Origin: Parcubacteria group bacterium
GTDB lineage: Bacteria > Patescibacteriota > Microgenomatia > UBA1400 > PJMF01
Assembly: GCA_943350175.1 (NCBI GenBank)
Contig: CALQZX010000001.1
Location: 21,818-85,817, forward strand
DNA: 64,000 nt
Direction: 5' to 3'
A program made the position numbers and the translations under genes. The notes beneath the pieces are model-generated. The model was not told the origin of the DNA. It did not search any database and saw nothing but the letters and a program-made list of their open reading frames with translations. This document shows, piece after piece, positions 39,898 through 49,162 of the stretch (position 1 is its first letter; the number at the start of each line of letters is the position of its first letter).

Positions 39898-40344
39898 ATG
39901 TCAGAAAATAAAAATTCTCATGAAGATGCAGAAAGAAGTCGGCTTGAACATTGGGCTAGGGAAAATAGACCATTTCATGAGGAAAAACAAAAGAATGTGA
40001 CTAGTTCGTTGAGAAATTGGTTCGCTTTTGACACCGGCGACGGAGTGATCACTCATGGTGTAAATACTTGCGTTGCCATTGTTGGAACAGAACCTGGTTT
40101 TATCGGTCACATTGCTGCTGATCGTAAGATTCCTGATGCAGAATTTCGTAGTGTTGTATTTGAGCTAATTAAATCAGGTGTTAAGACAGTTTATATTTTT
40201 GGTATGAATGATGACTTGTTTGCTGACGTCCATGATTATTTGAAAAAAAATGGCTTCATCATTGAAAGTCATCGTAATTATGATCAAAGTTCATCTTTCA
40301 CGGTTCAAGTCAAAAATGGCAAAATTAATTATTTTAATAAATAA
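39898..40344 (+). CDS. Hypothetical protein, possible CheD/CNF1-like deamidase fold
   Basis: THGVNTCVAIVG..GFIGHI and VYIFG resemble the Cys-His dyad context of this fold. ATG 39898 preferred. Confidence 0.45.
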   Translation: MSENKNSHEDAERSRLEHWARENRPFHEEKQKNVTSSLRNWFAFDTGDGVITHGVNTCVAIVGTEPGFIGHIAADRKIPDAEFRSVVFELIKSGVKTVYIFGMNDDLFADVHDYLKKNGFIIESHRNYDQSSSFTVQVKNGKINYFNK

Positions 40345-40356
40345 GATCCTGTTTAT

Positions 40357-41004
40357 ATGAAAAAATCCTACGATTATATTTTTTTTGATTGGGATGGTTG
40401 TTTAGCTAGAACATTAGATGTCATTCTTGAAATTTACCGCGATCTTTTTATAGACTTTGGTTTGCCAAAAACAGATCGAGAATTAATTTCAATCTGGGGT
40501 GATTGGCGCGGCCCACTTAAGCTTGGTATTTCTGAGGAAAATTTACCCAAATGGATAGAAAAATATAAGTTTAAGCTTAATCTAAAATCCCCTCAAGTTG
40601 ATATGTATGAGGGCGTGCGAGAAATGCTTTCACAGCTCAAAGAAAGTGGTAAAAAGCTAGCTTTGTTGTCAAGTTCAGAAAGATTTTCAATTGAGCCGGC
40701 ACTCGAGCGCAATAATTTAAGAGAGTTTTTTGAAGTTTTTCTTTATGCTGGCGATATAAAGGAACATAAGCCTGCTCCGGAAATTATTGAGAAAGCCCTG
40801 TCTTTAATTGGCGGGAACAAAGAAAAAGCCATTATCATCGGAGATTCCAAAAGTGATGTTGGTGCAGCTCATAATGCCGGCATTAACTGCATTCTTTTTT
40901 ATCCACAACATAACGAGCAATTCTATGACAGGGAATCACTAACTAAATTGAATCCAACCTACATTGTTGGTGATTTTAGTGAAGTTTTTAAAATTGTTGA
41001 GTAG
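40357..41004 (+). CDS. HAD family hydrolase (phosphoglycolate phosphatase-like)
   Basis: FDWDGCL, LLSS, KPAP, IGDSKSD. Confidence 0.9.
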   Translation: MKKSYDYIFFDWDGCLARTLDVILEIYRDLFIDFGLPKTDRELISIWGDWRGPLKLGISEENLPKWIEKYKFKLNLKSPQVDMYEGVREMLSQLKESGKKLALLSSSERFSIEPALERNNLREFFEVFLYAGDIKEHKPAPEIIEKALSLIGGNKEKAIIIGDSKSDVGAAHNAGINCILFYPQHNEQFYDRESLTKLNPTYIVGDFSEVFKIVE

Positions 41005-41049
41005 CTGAGCAGAACAAGCTAATTTTACAGCAAATTTGACTGCTCTTCC

Positions 41050-42183
41050 TTAAAAAACTTTTAATTCTAGCAAAATATAATTTAGCAAATCTTTGCCTTT
41101 TTTGCTTAATTTTATTGAGTAATTATCTTGTTCAATCAGATTTTCCGTAACCAGCTTTTTTAGCTCAGCTCTTCTCTCTTTTTCCAGATCAAAAGCTAGT
41201 TTTTCCAGCAAATCATTTAAATTTAGCCCAGCATTGGTGCGCAGTGCCAGAGAAATATAGCCGGCAATCTGCTCTTCTCTGCTAAGTGTTTCTAGCTGAT
41301 CAGCGATCAGTTCTCCTTCATTAATTTTTTTGGTGTAAGCTTTGATGCTTTTTTTATTTTGCCAAGTTTTGTCTCCCATTCGCGACTCAGCGCCTGTGCC
41401 AATTCCCAAGTAATCTCTGTAGTGCCAAAAATCTGAGTTATGCTGACATTTAAATGAACCGCCGCGAGAAAAATTAGAAATTTCATATTGCTTGTAATCA
41501 GCTTTCTCCAACTCTTCACAGGCCATGGCGTACATTTCGCGATCTAGCTCATCAGTGCTGGCTTTAATTTTGCCACTGCGCAGATGATTGCCAAAAATTG
41601 AATTGTTATCCCATTCCAAACTGTAACAAGAAATATGCTCAGGTTGCAGTTTAATAACTTCGATTAGGCTTTCTAACCATTGTTTTTTATTTTGGTTTGG
41701 TAGGGCAAACATCAGATCCAAGCTAATGTTTTTAAAGCCAGCTTCTCTGGCTAATTTGTAGGATTTTTGAACGGTTTCTATCTGGTAGGTGCGGCCAATG
41801 AGTTCTAGTAAATCATTCTGCCAAGCCTGCACTCCCATACTCAGGCGATTAATGCCGATTTTCAGATAGCCTTTTAGCTTTTCTTTATCAATGGAATCTG
41901 GGTTGCTTTCAATACTAATTTCTGCACCGCTTTTTATCTGAAATGATTTTCGAATCGACTCAAAAACTTTGGTTAAATTTTCAAGATCAACTACCGAAGG
42001 AGTGCCTCCACCCAGGTAAATTGTTTCGATTGTTGGGTGACCTAATTTTTGGCCATAGAGCAAGATTTCTTTGGCCATGGTGTCGCAGTATTCGCCAATC
42101 AAATGCTCTTGGTTGTTGAGGGTGAAAAAATCACAATAAAAGCATCTCTGTTGGCAAAATGGAAAATGCAAGTAAAGATTCAT
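41050..42183 (-). CDS. hemW: Radical SAM heme chaperone HemW (HemN-like)
   Basis: YLHFPFCQQRCFYCDF, GGGTPS, NRLSMGVQ, YEISNF, HNSDFW. Confidence 0.85.
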   Translation of the reverse strand: MNLYLHFPFCQQRCFYCDFFTLNNQEHLIGEYCDTMAKEILLYGQKLGHPTIETIYLGGGTPSVVDLENLTKVFESIRKSFQIKSGAEISIESNPDSIDKEKLKGYLKIGINRLSMGVQAWQNDLLELIGRTYQIETVQKSYKLAREAGFKNISLDLMFALPNQNKKQWLESLIEVIKLQPEHISCYSLEWDNNSIFGNHLRSGKIKASTDELDREMYAMACEELEKADYKQYEISNFSRGGSFKCQHNSDFWHYRDYLGIGTGAESRMGDKTWQNKKSIKAYTKKINEGELIADQLETLSREEQIAGYISLALRTNAGLNLNDLLEKLAFDLEKERRAELKKLVTENLIEQDNYSIKLSKKGKDLLNYILLELKVF

Positions 42184-42273
42184 ATTTAATGACTGCGGAT
42201 AGTCTAGTATTATATCTCCTCAATCTTCAAATGCTTCTTTACAATGCTTTTCTCTTTAAAGTATGCTTAAGCC

Positions 42274-43095
42274 ATGTCAGAATTGCCAGGATTTAGTCCT
42301 TCTGGTGCTGCAAATCAAGCGGTTGGACCTGCTGTCTCAAATGAGAAGATAGTAAAGCTCCCTTCAGAAAAAGAAGACAATAAAAACAAAACCTACAAGA
42401 TTGCGGGCATTATTTTGGCAGTTCTAATTATTGGAGTCATTGCGACTTTAATTTTTTTCGAGAATAGCCAAGATACTAGAAAATCAGCAGCTGCTTGTGT
42501 TGAACAGTGTCCAGCTAGTGGCGGAAAGCTTTTACGTGATTGTAGTTCTCCAGAATCTCCAGGAAATTCATCCGACAGTCTTTGCAATGCTGTTGGCAGA
42601 ATAGAATCATGTGGAGGGGTAAATTTTTGCTGTCCAAAAGTTGGAGGTGTATGGACTAAAACTATGACTGCCTGTGCAATTGCTACACCAACAGCTACTC
42701 CTTCTGCATCTTTGAGCCCTTCAGTGACAGCCACTCCTTCTGCCACAATTACCCTTTCGCCAACAGCCACTCCTTCTGCCACAATTACCCTTTCGCCAAC
42801 AGCCACGGTTTCTCCAGTGGCAACCTCGACTCCTGCTCCGACCAACTGCAATAATGATTTGGATTGTGATGGGATTCCAAATGTGGAAGATCCTGATGAT
42901 GATAACGATGGAACTCTTGATGTAAACGAATCTACTCCTACTCCAACTAAAACTCCAACGCCAACCAAAACTCCTACCCCGACTATCTCAAGTAATACCC
43001 TGCCTGCATCTGGGTCAGTGGAAACAACCTTTGTGCTGATGATTGCCTCACTTTTTTCGATAACTCTCGGAGTGGCGATTAAATATAAAAATTAA
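42274..43095 (+). CDS. Cys-rich surface protein with PT linker, Asp-rich Ca-binding repeat and LPxSG-TM tail
   Basis: TM followed by SQDTRKSA; 8-Cys module; DLDCDGIPNVEDPDDDNDG; LPASG, hydrophobic stretch, KYKN. Confidence 0.75.
   Translation: MSELPGFSPSGAANQAVGPAVSNEKIVKLPSEKEDNKNKTYKIAGIILAVLIIGVIATLIFFENSQDTRKSAAACVEQCPASGGKLLRDCSSPESPGNSSDSLCNAVGRIESCGGVNFCCPKVGGVWTKTMTACAIATPTATPSASLSPSVTATPSATITLSPTATPSATITLSPTATVSPVATSTPAPTNCNNDLDCDGIPNVEDPDDDNDGTLDVNESTPTPTKTPTPTKTPTPTISSNTLPASGSVETTFVLMIASLFSITLGVAIKYKN
42727..42806. repeat. 36-nt perfect tandem duplication encoding TATPSATITLSP
   Basis: ACAGCCACTCCTTCTGCCACAATTACCCTTTCGCCA twice, plus a partial third copy. Confidence 0.85.
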
Positions 43096-44351
43096 TCTTT
43101 TTTGAATAGTTCTTTTGCTTTGACGCTGCGATCAATGATTGATCCTGGCATGGCGTTGGCTTTTTCGCCAATGGTGATGCCTGGCAAAATAGAACAATTG
43201 ATGCCAAGGAAAACACCTTTGGCCATAATAGCGCCAAGCTTTTCCTTACCTGTTTCGATTAATTGATCTTTTTCGCCATCTTTTGAAGATAGGCGCATTT
43301 TGACTTTGCTGCCGTCAAAACGCAGATTGGCAGTGCAGGTTCCGTAGCTTGGATTAACTTCTGCTTCGAGTACGCTATCGCCAATGAAGTTGTGGTGAAG
43401 ACTACAGTCTGGACCAACGTAACTGCGAGCTATTTCTGAGCCGAAACCAATGATGCAATCAGATTCAATGATCGAATCTCTAACTAGACAATGATTTCCA
43501 ATAATGGTGCTAGCACCGATGTAAGCTGGTCCCTTAATAACTGCTCCGGCTAAAATTTTTGCCCCCGCTTCAATTTGAACTAAGCCTTCAATTTTGACAC
43601 TTCTATCTATTTTGGCTGTTCTATCGATTTTATTTTTGATTTTATGTTTTAGGAATAGTTGCGTCATGTCTAAAACATGATGAGCTTGTTTGAGTTTCTG
43701 CCAATAGCCTTCATAAACCATAAAGCTTACTTGATTTTTTTGAATCAATTCATCAAGGGCTTTTTCATAAGCATCGTCTTCGCCATTTTGTCCAGCTATG
43801 AGCTCAAAAATTTCTCCAGGTTTGGAGAAATAATGGAAAAATAAATTGGCTATATTGCTTGGCTCTTCGCCCTTTTTTGGTTTTTCTATAATTCCTAGTA
43901 ATTTTTCACCATCTACTTTTAGGTAGCCGCCTAGAAAATATTCATTAACTTTCATACCAAGAATCGCAGCATAACTGCCAATAGCTTTTTTGACAAAACC
44001 CCGGAGTGCTAGCGGATCAATTAGATCAACTGCATTCATAATAATAATTGATTGATCGTCTTTAACGATCTTGGAAACTAGATTTAGTGCATTTGCTTGA
44101 CCAAGGGCTTCATCTTGGACAATGGTTTTAATCTTTAGCTTTTTATTACTCAGATTCTGAATAATTTGTTCATTTTCGCTATTACAAACAACAATCGCTT
44201 CTCTAGCTCCTGCAGCCTCGATCATTTCTAAAGTGTGAGCGATGAATGGTTTGCCTAAAAAAGGAAAAAGAGTTTTACTGGTAACTAGAGGAGCAAAATT
44301 TTTACCTATTCCTCCTGCTAGAACAACGAAAATTGGATTTTTCATGGTCAT
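43092..44351 (-). CDS. Bifunctional sugar-1-phosphate nucleotidyltransferase/acetyltransferase (archaeal GlmU-like)
   Basis: LAGGIG..K nucleotidyltransferase domain, IIEKP, hexapeptide repeats, HHNFIGDSV, ANLRFD. Confidence 0.8.
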   Translation of the reverse strand: MTMKNPIFVVLAGGIGKNFAPLVTSKTLFPFLGKPFIAHTLEMIEAAGAREAIVVCNSENEQIIQNLSNKKLKIKTIVQDEALGQANALNLVSKIVKDDQSIIIMNAVDLIDPLALRGFVKKAIGSYAAILGMKVNEYFLGGYLKVDGEKLLGIIEKPKKGEEPSNIANLFFHYFSKPGEIFELIAGQNGEDDAYEKALDELIQKNQVSFMVYEGYWQKLKQAHHVLDMTQLFLKHKIKNKIDRTAKIDRSVKIEGLVQIEAGAKILAGAVIKGPAYIGASTIIGNHCLVRDSIIESDCIIGFGSEIARSYVGPDCSLHHNFIGDSVLEAEVNPSYGTCTANLRFDGSKVKMRLSSKDGEKDQLIETGKEKLGAIMAKGVFLGINCSILPGITIGEKANAMPGSIIDRSVKAKELFKKD

Positions 44352-44386
44352 ATATTTCCATTATAGCTATAATAATTAGCAAATTA

Positions 44387-45019
44387 CTAGCCAAGATGCG
44401 AATAGTCATTGATGCAAACAATTTGCCATTTTTGTTTTTCGCTGTCGTATGTAGCTTCACTAATGCCAGTGTTGGTTAGATCGAAATTATCATAGATGTC
44501 ATACAAATTCTGTAAATCACCATTGGGATTGAGAATCTTGGTAAAAATCATTCTCAGAATCAGGGCGTGGCAAACCACAACTAAATTTTCTTCTGGTCTT
44601 TGCTTTAAAAAATCAAGAGCATCTTCTGCTCTCTGTGCAAATTCTTTGGCATTTTCTTCATTACTATATCTCCATGTTCCATCTTGATCTAAGATGTGAG
44701 TATGGAGTTCGCCTCTGATTTGTTTTGATTGCTCACTTAATTGAGAAATGCCAATTAATTCACTCGGTCCTCTTCTTTCGGCAAAAAGCTCGTTAGTTTC
44801 AACTTCTAAATTATTTCGATCAGCAATGGCCTGGGCGGTTTGTTTGGCTCTTAAATAAGTGCTGGCGATAATTTTTGAGACTTGGATCTTAGAAAAACGC
44901 AGGGCAACTATTTTAGCCTGGGATTGTCCAACCTCTGAAAGTGGGGTATCTTTGGACTGATGGGTTCTTGCAGCGTTGCCTTCGCTTTCACCGTGGCGAA
45001 CAAAATAGATCTTATTCAT
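44387..45019 (-). CDS. Histidine phosphatase family protein
   Basis: FVRHGES, STYLRAKQTA, VVCH, NTGIS, NDYSHL. Confidence 0.9.
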   Translation of the reverse strand: MNKIYFVRHGESEGNAARTHQSKDTPLSEVGQSQAKIVALRFSKIQVSKIIASTYLRAKQTAQAIADRNNLEVETNELFAERRGPSELIGISQLSEQSKQIRGELHTHILDQDGTWRYSNEENAKEFAQRAEDALDFLKQRPEENLVVVCHALILRMIFTKILNPNGDLQNLYDIYDNFDLTNTGISEATYDSEKQKWQIVCINDYSHLG

Positions 45020-45111
45020 AATACTCTTGATTATAACTCACTGTTGTTGGATAATAAAATCTTCGAATTGGAATTATTTAAAAGAAATTTAAAAGAAAAA
45101 GGGAAAGAATT

Positions 45112-46515
45112 ATGCAAAAATTAACCAAAATCGTCGCCACGCTAGGTCCAGCCACAGAAACCGCAGAAGTTATGGAAGCTTTGATTAATGCTGGTATGAA
45201 CGTTGCTCGTTTTAATACCAAACATGGCACACCTGAATGGCATTTAGAGCGTATTCATCGCGTAAAAGCAGTTGCTAAGAAATTAGGAAAGTCTGTTGGT
45301 GTTTTGTTAGATTTGCAGGGTCCAGAAATTCGTATCAATACCAAAGATGGTGTTGCTTTTGAGCTCAAAGTTGGCGAACAGGCTAAATTCGTTTCTACAC
45401 CTCCAGGTGAAAGAGAAATGAACATTCCAGCTAATGTGATCGAAGCTCTACAAATTGGCGATACAGTTTCTACTGATGATGGTGCTTGTGAATATAAAGT
45501 TGTCAAAAAAGATGAAACCAGTGCTACTGTCGAATCTCCAACTGATGTCACTGTTAAACATCGTAAAACCATGAATACCCCAGGTATTTCTATCGACATG
45601 CCTTCTTTGATTGAAAACGACTTAATTCAATTGGACAATATGACTGATGCCGACATTGATTTTGTTGGTTTGTCTTTTGTCCGCGACACCAAAGATATCG
45701 CTATTTTAAGAGAAGAACTCAAGAAAAGAGGTCTCCACACTGATGTCGTTGCTAAGATTGAAAATCAATCTTCAATCGATAACTTAGATGAAATCATCGA
45801 GGCTTCTGACGCAGTCATGGTTGCTCGTGGTGATTTGGCTGTTGAAGTGCCTTTTGAACGCTTGGCTTATTACCAAAAAATGATCATTGAGAAATGTCGT
45901 ACTGCTGGCAAACCAGTTATTACTGCTACTCAAATGTTGAAGAGTATGACCTTTGAACCTCGTCCAACCAGAGCTGAGGTCAGTGATGTTGCCAATGCTA
46001 TCTATGATGGTACTGATGCTGTTATGCTTTCTGAAGAAACCACCATTGGTAAGTATCCTGTTCAATGTATTGAAACTCAGGCTAAAATTGCTGCTTTCAA
46101 TGAACCTTTAACCGAGAATTCTCTTTGGGATTTTGATGATTTAGGCGACACTTCGGCTATTACTTACGCTGCTTCCTCTCTACTCGATTTTAGTCAAGAA
46201 GAAATCGATTTGATAGTCTGCTTTAGTGCCAGTGGTGCTACTGCTCGTCAACTTTCTCGCTTTAGACCAAATGTCAAAATTAAGGCTGTAACCTGCGATA
46301 GCTCTGCCTACAACAAATTAGCAGTGGTTTATGGTGTTGAGCCAGTTTTAGTTGATGAATCAGTCTTTAAATATTCAAGTGAAGCAGACATTATTGACAA
46401 CCTTAAAGCTAGTAAGATCGTTGAAGTTGGCCAAAAAGTTCTAATCACCATAGGTCTTAGTGAAAAGATTGCTGGTCGTAAAACTGATAGCTTAATGTTA
46501 GTAGACATTAAATAG
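45112..46515 (+). CDS. pyk: Pyruvate kinase
   Basis: TKIVATLGPA, DLQGPEIR, AKIEN, MVARGDL, TATQML, DAVMLSEET. Confidence 0.97.
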   Translation: MQKLTKIVATLGPATETAEVMEALINAGMNVARFNTKHGTPEWHLERIHRVKAVAKKLGKSVGVLLDLQGPEIRINTKDGVAFELKVGEQAKFVSTPPGEREMNIPANVIEALQIGDTVSTDDGACEYKVVKKDETSATVESPTDVTVKHRKTMNTPGISIDMPSLIENDLIQLDNMTDADIDFVGLSFVRDTKDIAILREELKKRGLHTDVVAKIENQSSIDNLDEIIEASDAVMVARGDLAVEVPFERLAYYQKMIIEKCRTAGKPVITATQMLKSMTFEPRPTRAEVSDVANAIYDGTDAVMLSEETTIGKYPVQCIETQAKIAAFNEPLTENSLWDFDDLGDTSAITYAASSLLDFSQEEIDLIVCFSASGATARQLSRFRPNVKIKAVTCDSSAYNKLAVVYGVEPVLVDESVFKYSSEADIIDNLKASKIVEVGQKVLITIGLSEKIAGRKTDSLMLVDIK

Positions 46516-46569
46516 ACTCGTCTTAGACCTAAACTATCTTTTTGTTTAGTTTTTTGCTATTCTTGAAGC

Positions 46570-46824
46570 ATGTCCAATAAAAAAGCTGGTCTTTTTCCAA
46601 TGTTAGTAGGTGTAGTTGCTGGTGCAGCAGCTGTCTTTTTCTCTGATAAGAAAAATCAAGAAAAAGCCAAGAAAGCTCTTGTCAAAGGCAAGGCCTCACT
46701 CAAGAAGCTTTCTGCTGAAGTCAAGAAAAATCCAGAGGCTTTCGCCAAGAAAATGGTCAAAAGAGTCTCTTCAGAGGTTAAGAAAATTGATAAAAAGATT
46801 GTTGCTAAGTCAAAAAAATCCTAA
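46570..46824 (+). CDS. Small Lys-rich protein with N-terminal Gly/Ala TM (YtxH-like)
   Basis: LVGVVAGAAAVFF followed by a basic amphipathic helix. Confidence 0.6.
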   Translation: MSNKKAGLFPMLVGVVAGAAAVFFSDKKNQEKAKKALVKGKASLKKLSAEVKKNPEAFAKKMVKRVSSEVKKIDKKIVAKSKKS

Positions 46825-46839
46825 GCTTTTTTTGTAATT

Positions 46840-47298
46840 TTAGTCGATCAGCTCAGCTAATTTTTCTACCCAGTTCTTGATGATTGCTTGATTTTCTTCC
46901 ATGTCTGGATAGCCATCAATGTGTAGGGTTTCGATGATTTTTGCTCCGTTCATCTCAGTCACAAAAGTTTTTTCCATGATTGTTGTTGCGCCGCAGAAAT
47001 GGACGTAGTTGCTGTCTCCAAGGCCAAAGATGGCGATTTTTTTGCCAGCTAGATTCGGTTTGGCAGTATTAATTCTTTCAATAAAATCATTAAAATCTGA
47101 AGCTGGTAGACCATCGTCCCAAGTGGAACAGCCAAAAATAAAGCCACTATAAGATCCAGTCAAGTCGCTCAAATCTGCATCAATGGCATTTTTGACGTCG
47201 ATTTCTTTACTTTTGCTACGTAGAAGCTCTTGAATTTTATATGCAACTCCTTCGGTATTACCTGTTAAGCTGCCGTAGATGAGTAAAGTGTTCGCCAT
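46840..47298 (-). CDS. Flavodoxin (short chain)
   Basis: YGSLTGNTE, GCSTWDDG, FGLGDSNY.FCGA. ATG 47298 preferred. Confidence 0.92.
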   Translation of the reverse strand: MANTLLIYGSLTGNTEGVAYKIQELLRSKSKEIDVKNAIDADLSDLTGSYSGFIFGCSTWDDGLPASDFNDFIERINTAKPNLAGKKIAIFGLGDSNYVHFCGATTIMEKTFVTEMNGAKIIETLHIDGYPDMEENQAIIKNWVEKLAELID

Positions 47299-47392
47299 AA
47301 TAAATTGATTGTAACAAAGACATAGGTAATTGACCATTCGTAAGTCAGGATCATCATTAGTAAAAGACTAAAATATGCTAAAATCTATATCT

Positions 47393-49162
47393 ATGGACTT
47401 GGAATCACTCAACTGGAAAATTGCAGCAAAGGCTGGTGAAGGCGTAATGTCGAGTGCCAAGCTTTTTGCTAAAGCTTGTAAGAGACAAGGTTTATCAGTT
47501 TTTAATTATTACGAATATCCTTCTTTGATTAAGGGTGGTTTGCAAAGCGGTTTGGTTAGCGCTGCATTGCAGGGTGCCACTTGTCAGCGCAGACATTTAG
47601 ATCTGTTAATTATTTTTCATGAAAAATTTATCAATGACCATCTGGCAGAATTAGATGAGAATTCTTTGGTAATTATTAATGCCAATGCTTTTGATGCCAG
47701 TAAATATCCAGAGCTTAAAACTAAAGTTGTGGCGATAAATTTAACCAAAATTGCTAGAGATCAAGGTGCTAATCCTCTAGCTTCTAATATTGCAGCCATA
47801 GGTTTGAGTGCTTGCTTGTTTGGCATGGATTTGGGAATCATGGGCAGAGTGGCTGTTGAGGAGTTTGCCAAGAATAAAGAAGCTGCAGAAAAAAATCTTT
47901 TAGTCTTGCAAGCCGCTTTTAAATTGGCTCAACAGATGGTTGATGACAGTTCTCTGACGCCTTTTGGAAATTTGATAAATACCGGAGTTGATGAGCAGAT
48001 TCTCGTAAGTGGTAACGAGGCAATTGGCCTGGGAGCTTTGGCAGCAGGACTACAGTTCTACTCTGCTTACCCAATGACCCCAGCCACTGGTTTGCTCCAC
48101 TTTTTAGCGGAGCAGCAAAATGATTATCCAATTGTAGTCAAACATGCTGAAGATGAAATTGCTGCCATTAACCATGCTCTTGGCGCTTCTTTTGCTGGAG
48201 TGCGTGCCATGACTGGTAGTTCTGGCGGTGGCTTTGCCTTGATGGTAGAAGCTTTGTCTTTTGCTGGAGTGGCGGAGATACCACTGGTCGTTCTAGAAGC
48301 AGTTCGTCAGGGTCCGGCAACTGGCTTACCAACCTGGACTTCCCAGGGAGATCTGAATTTTATTCTAGGAGCTGGTCACGGAGACTTTCTAAGAGTGATT
48401 TTGACTCCAGGAGACGTGCAGGAGCATTTTGTTTTGTCCAAATTAGCAGTTGAGTTGGCAGAAAAATATCAATTGCCAGTTCTGATTATGTCTGACAAAT
48501 ATATTTTAGAGACCAATCAAACCATGCCTAAAATGCTTTTGAAACAAGAAAATAAGCGCTTCTCAATGCTCAATGATGGACAATTGGGAGAAACAGGTTT
48601 GACTGAAGGTGAATATTTGCGTTATAAATACAGTGAAAATGGCATTTCTCCCCGCTCTATTCCAGGTCAGGTCAATGCTTTGCAATTGAGTAATTCCTAT
48701 GAACATGACGAATATGGTTTCGCTATTGAAGATGCCATTACCACTAAAAAAATGGTAGATAAAAGAGCAGCTAAGCTAGAGGCTCTGCAAAAAGATTTGC
48801 CAAAACCTCTCTACTTAGGCTCCAAAAATCCAGAAAAAATCCTGATTTCTTTTGGTTCGACCATTAATGTCCTGAGAGACTTGTTGTTAGATGAGGCTGC
48901 CGCTAAGACAGCCGTCATTCATTTGCCTTGTGTCTGTCCTTTTCCAGCTCTCGAGTTAGAAGGACTACTTGAAGGCAAAAACGCTGAGGTTTTTGTTTTG
49001 GAAGGCAATGCGACTGGTCAGCTAGCAGCCTTGATTAAGCGAGAGACCAATTTGCCAAAATTACGTTCGATCTTACGTTATGATGGCAGACCTTTTTACA
49101 GTGAAGAATTGGTGGAATTTTTGAAAAATCAACAATTAAATGAACAATATCGATTAATATGA
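47393..49162 (+). CDS. korA: 2-oxoacid:acceptor oxidoreductase subunit alpha (gamma-alpha fusion)
   Basis: AGEGV, YPSLIKGG, SGNEA, YPMTP, AEDEIAA, SSGGGFALM, RQGPATGLPT, YDGRPF. Confidence 0.92.
   Translation: MDLESLNWKIAAKAGEGVMSSAKLFAKACKRQGLSVFNYYEYPSLIKGGLQSGLVSAALQGATCQRRHLDLLIIFHEKFINDHLAELDENSLVIINANAFDASKYPELKTKVVAINLTKIARDQGANPLASNIAAIGLSACLFGMDLGIMGRVAVEEFAKNKEAAEKNLLVLQAAFKLAQQMVDDSSLTPFGNLINTGVDEQILVSGNEAIGLGALAAGLQFYSAYPMTPATGLLHFLAEQQNDYPIVVKHAEDEIAAINHALGASFAGVRAMTGSSGGGFALMVEALSFAGVAEIPLVVLEAVRQGPATGLPTWTSQGDLNFILGAGHGDFLRVILTPGDVQEHFVLSKLAVELAEKYQLPVLIMSDKYILETNQTMPKMLLKQENKRFSMLNDGQLGETGLTEGEYLRYKYSENGISPRSIPGQVNALQLSNSYEHDEYGFAIEDAITTKKMVDKRAAKLEALQKDLPKPLYLGSKNPEKILISFGSTINVLRDLLLDEAAAKTAVIHLPCVCPFPALELEGLLEGKNAEVFVLEGNATGQLAALIKRETNLPKLRSILRYDGRPFYSEELVEFLKNQQLNEQYRLI

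Noticed and set aside
42393-42968. 191-aa minus-strand ORF
   Set aside because: Antisense shadow of the Pro/Thr-rich repeat gene, giving a V/G/A-rich mirror sequence.
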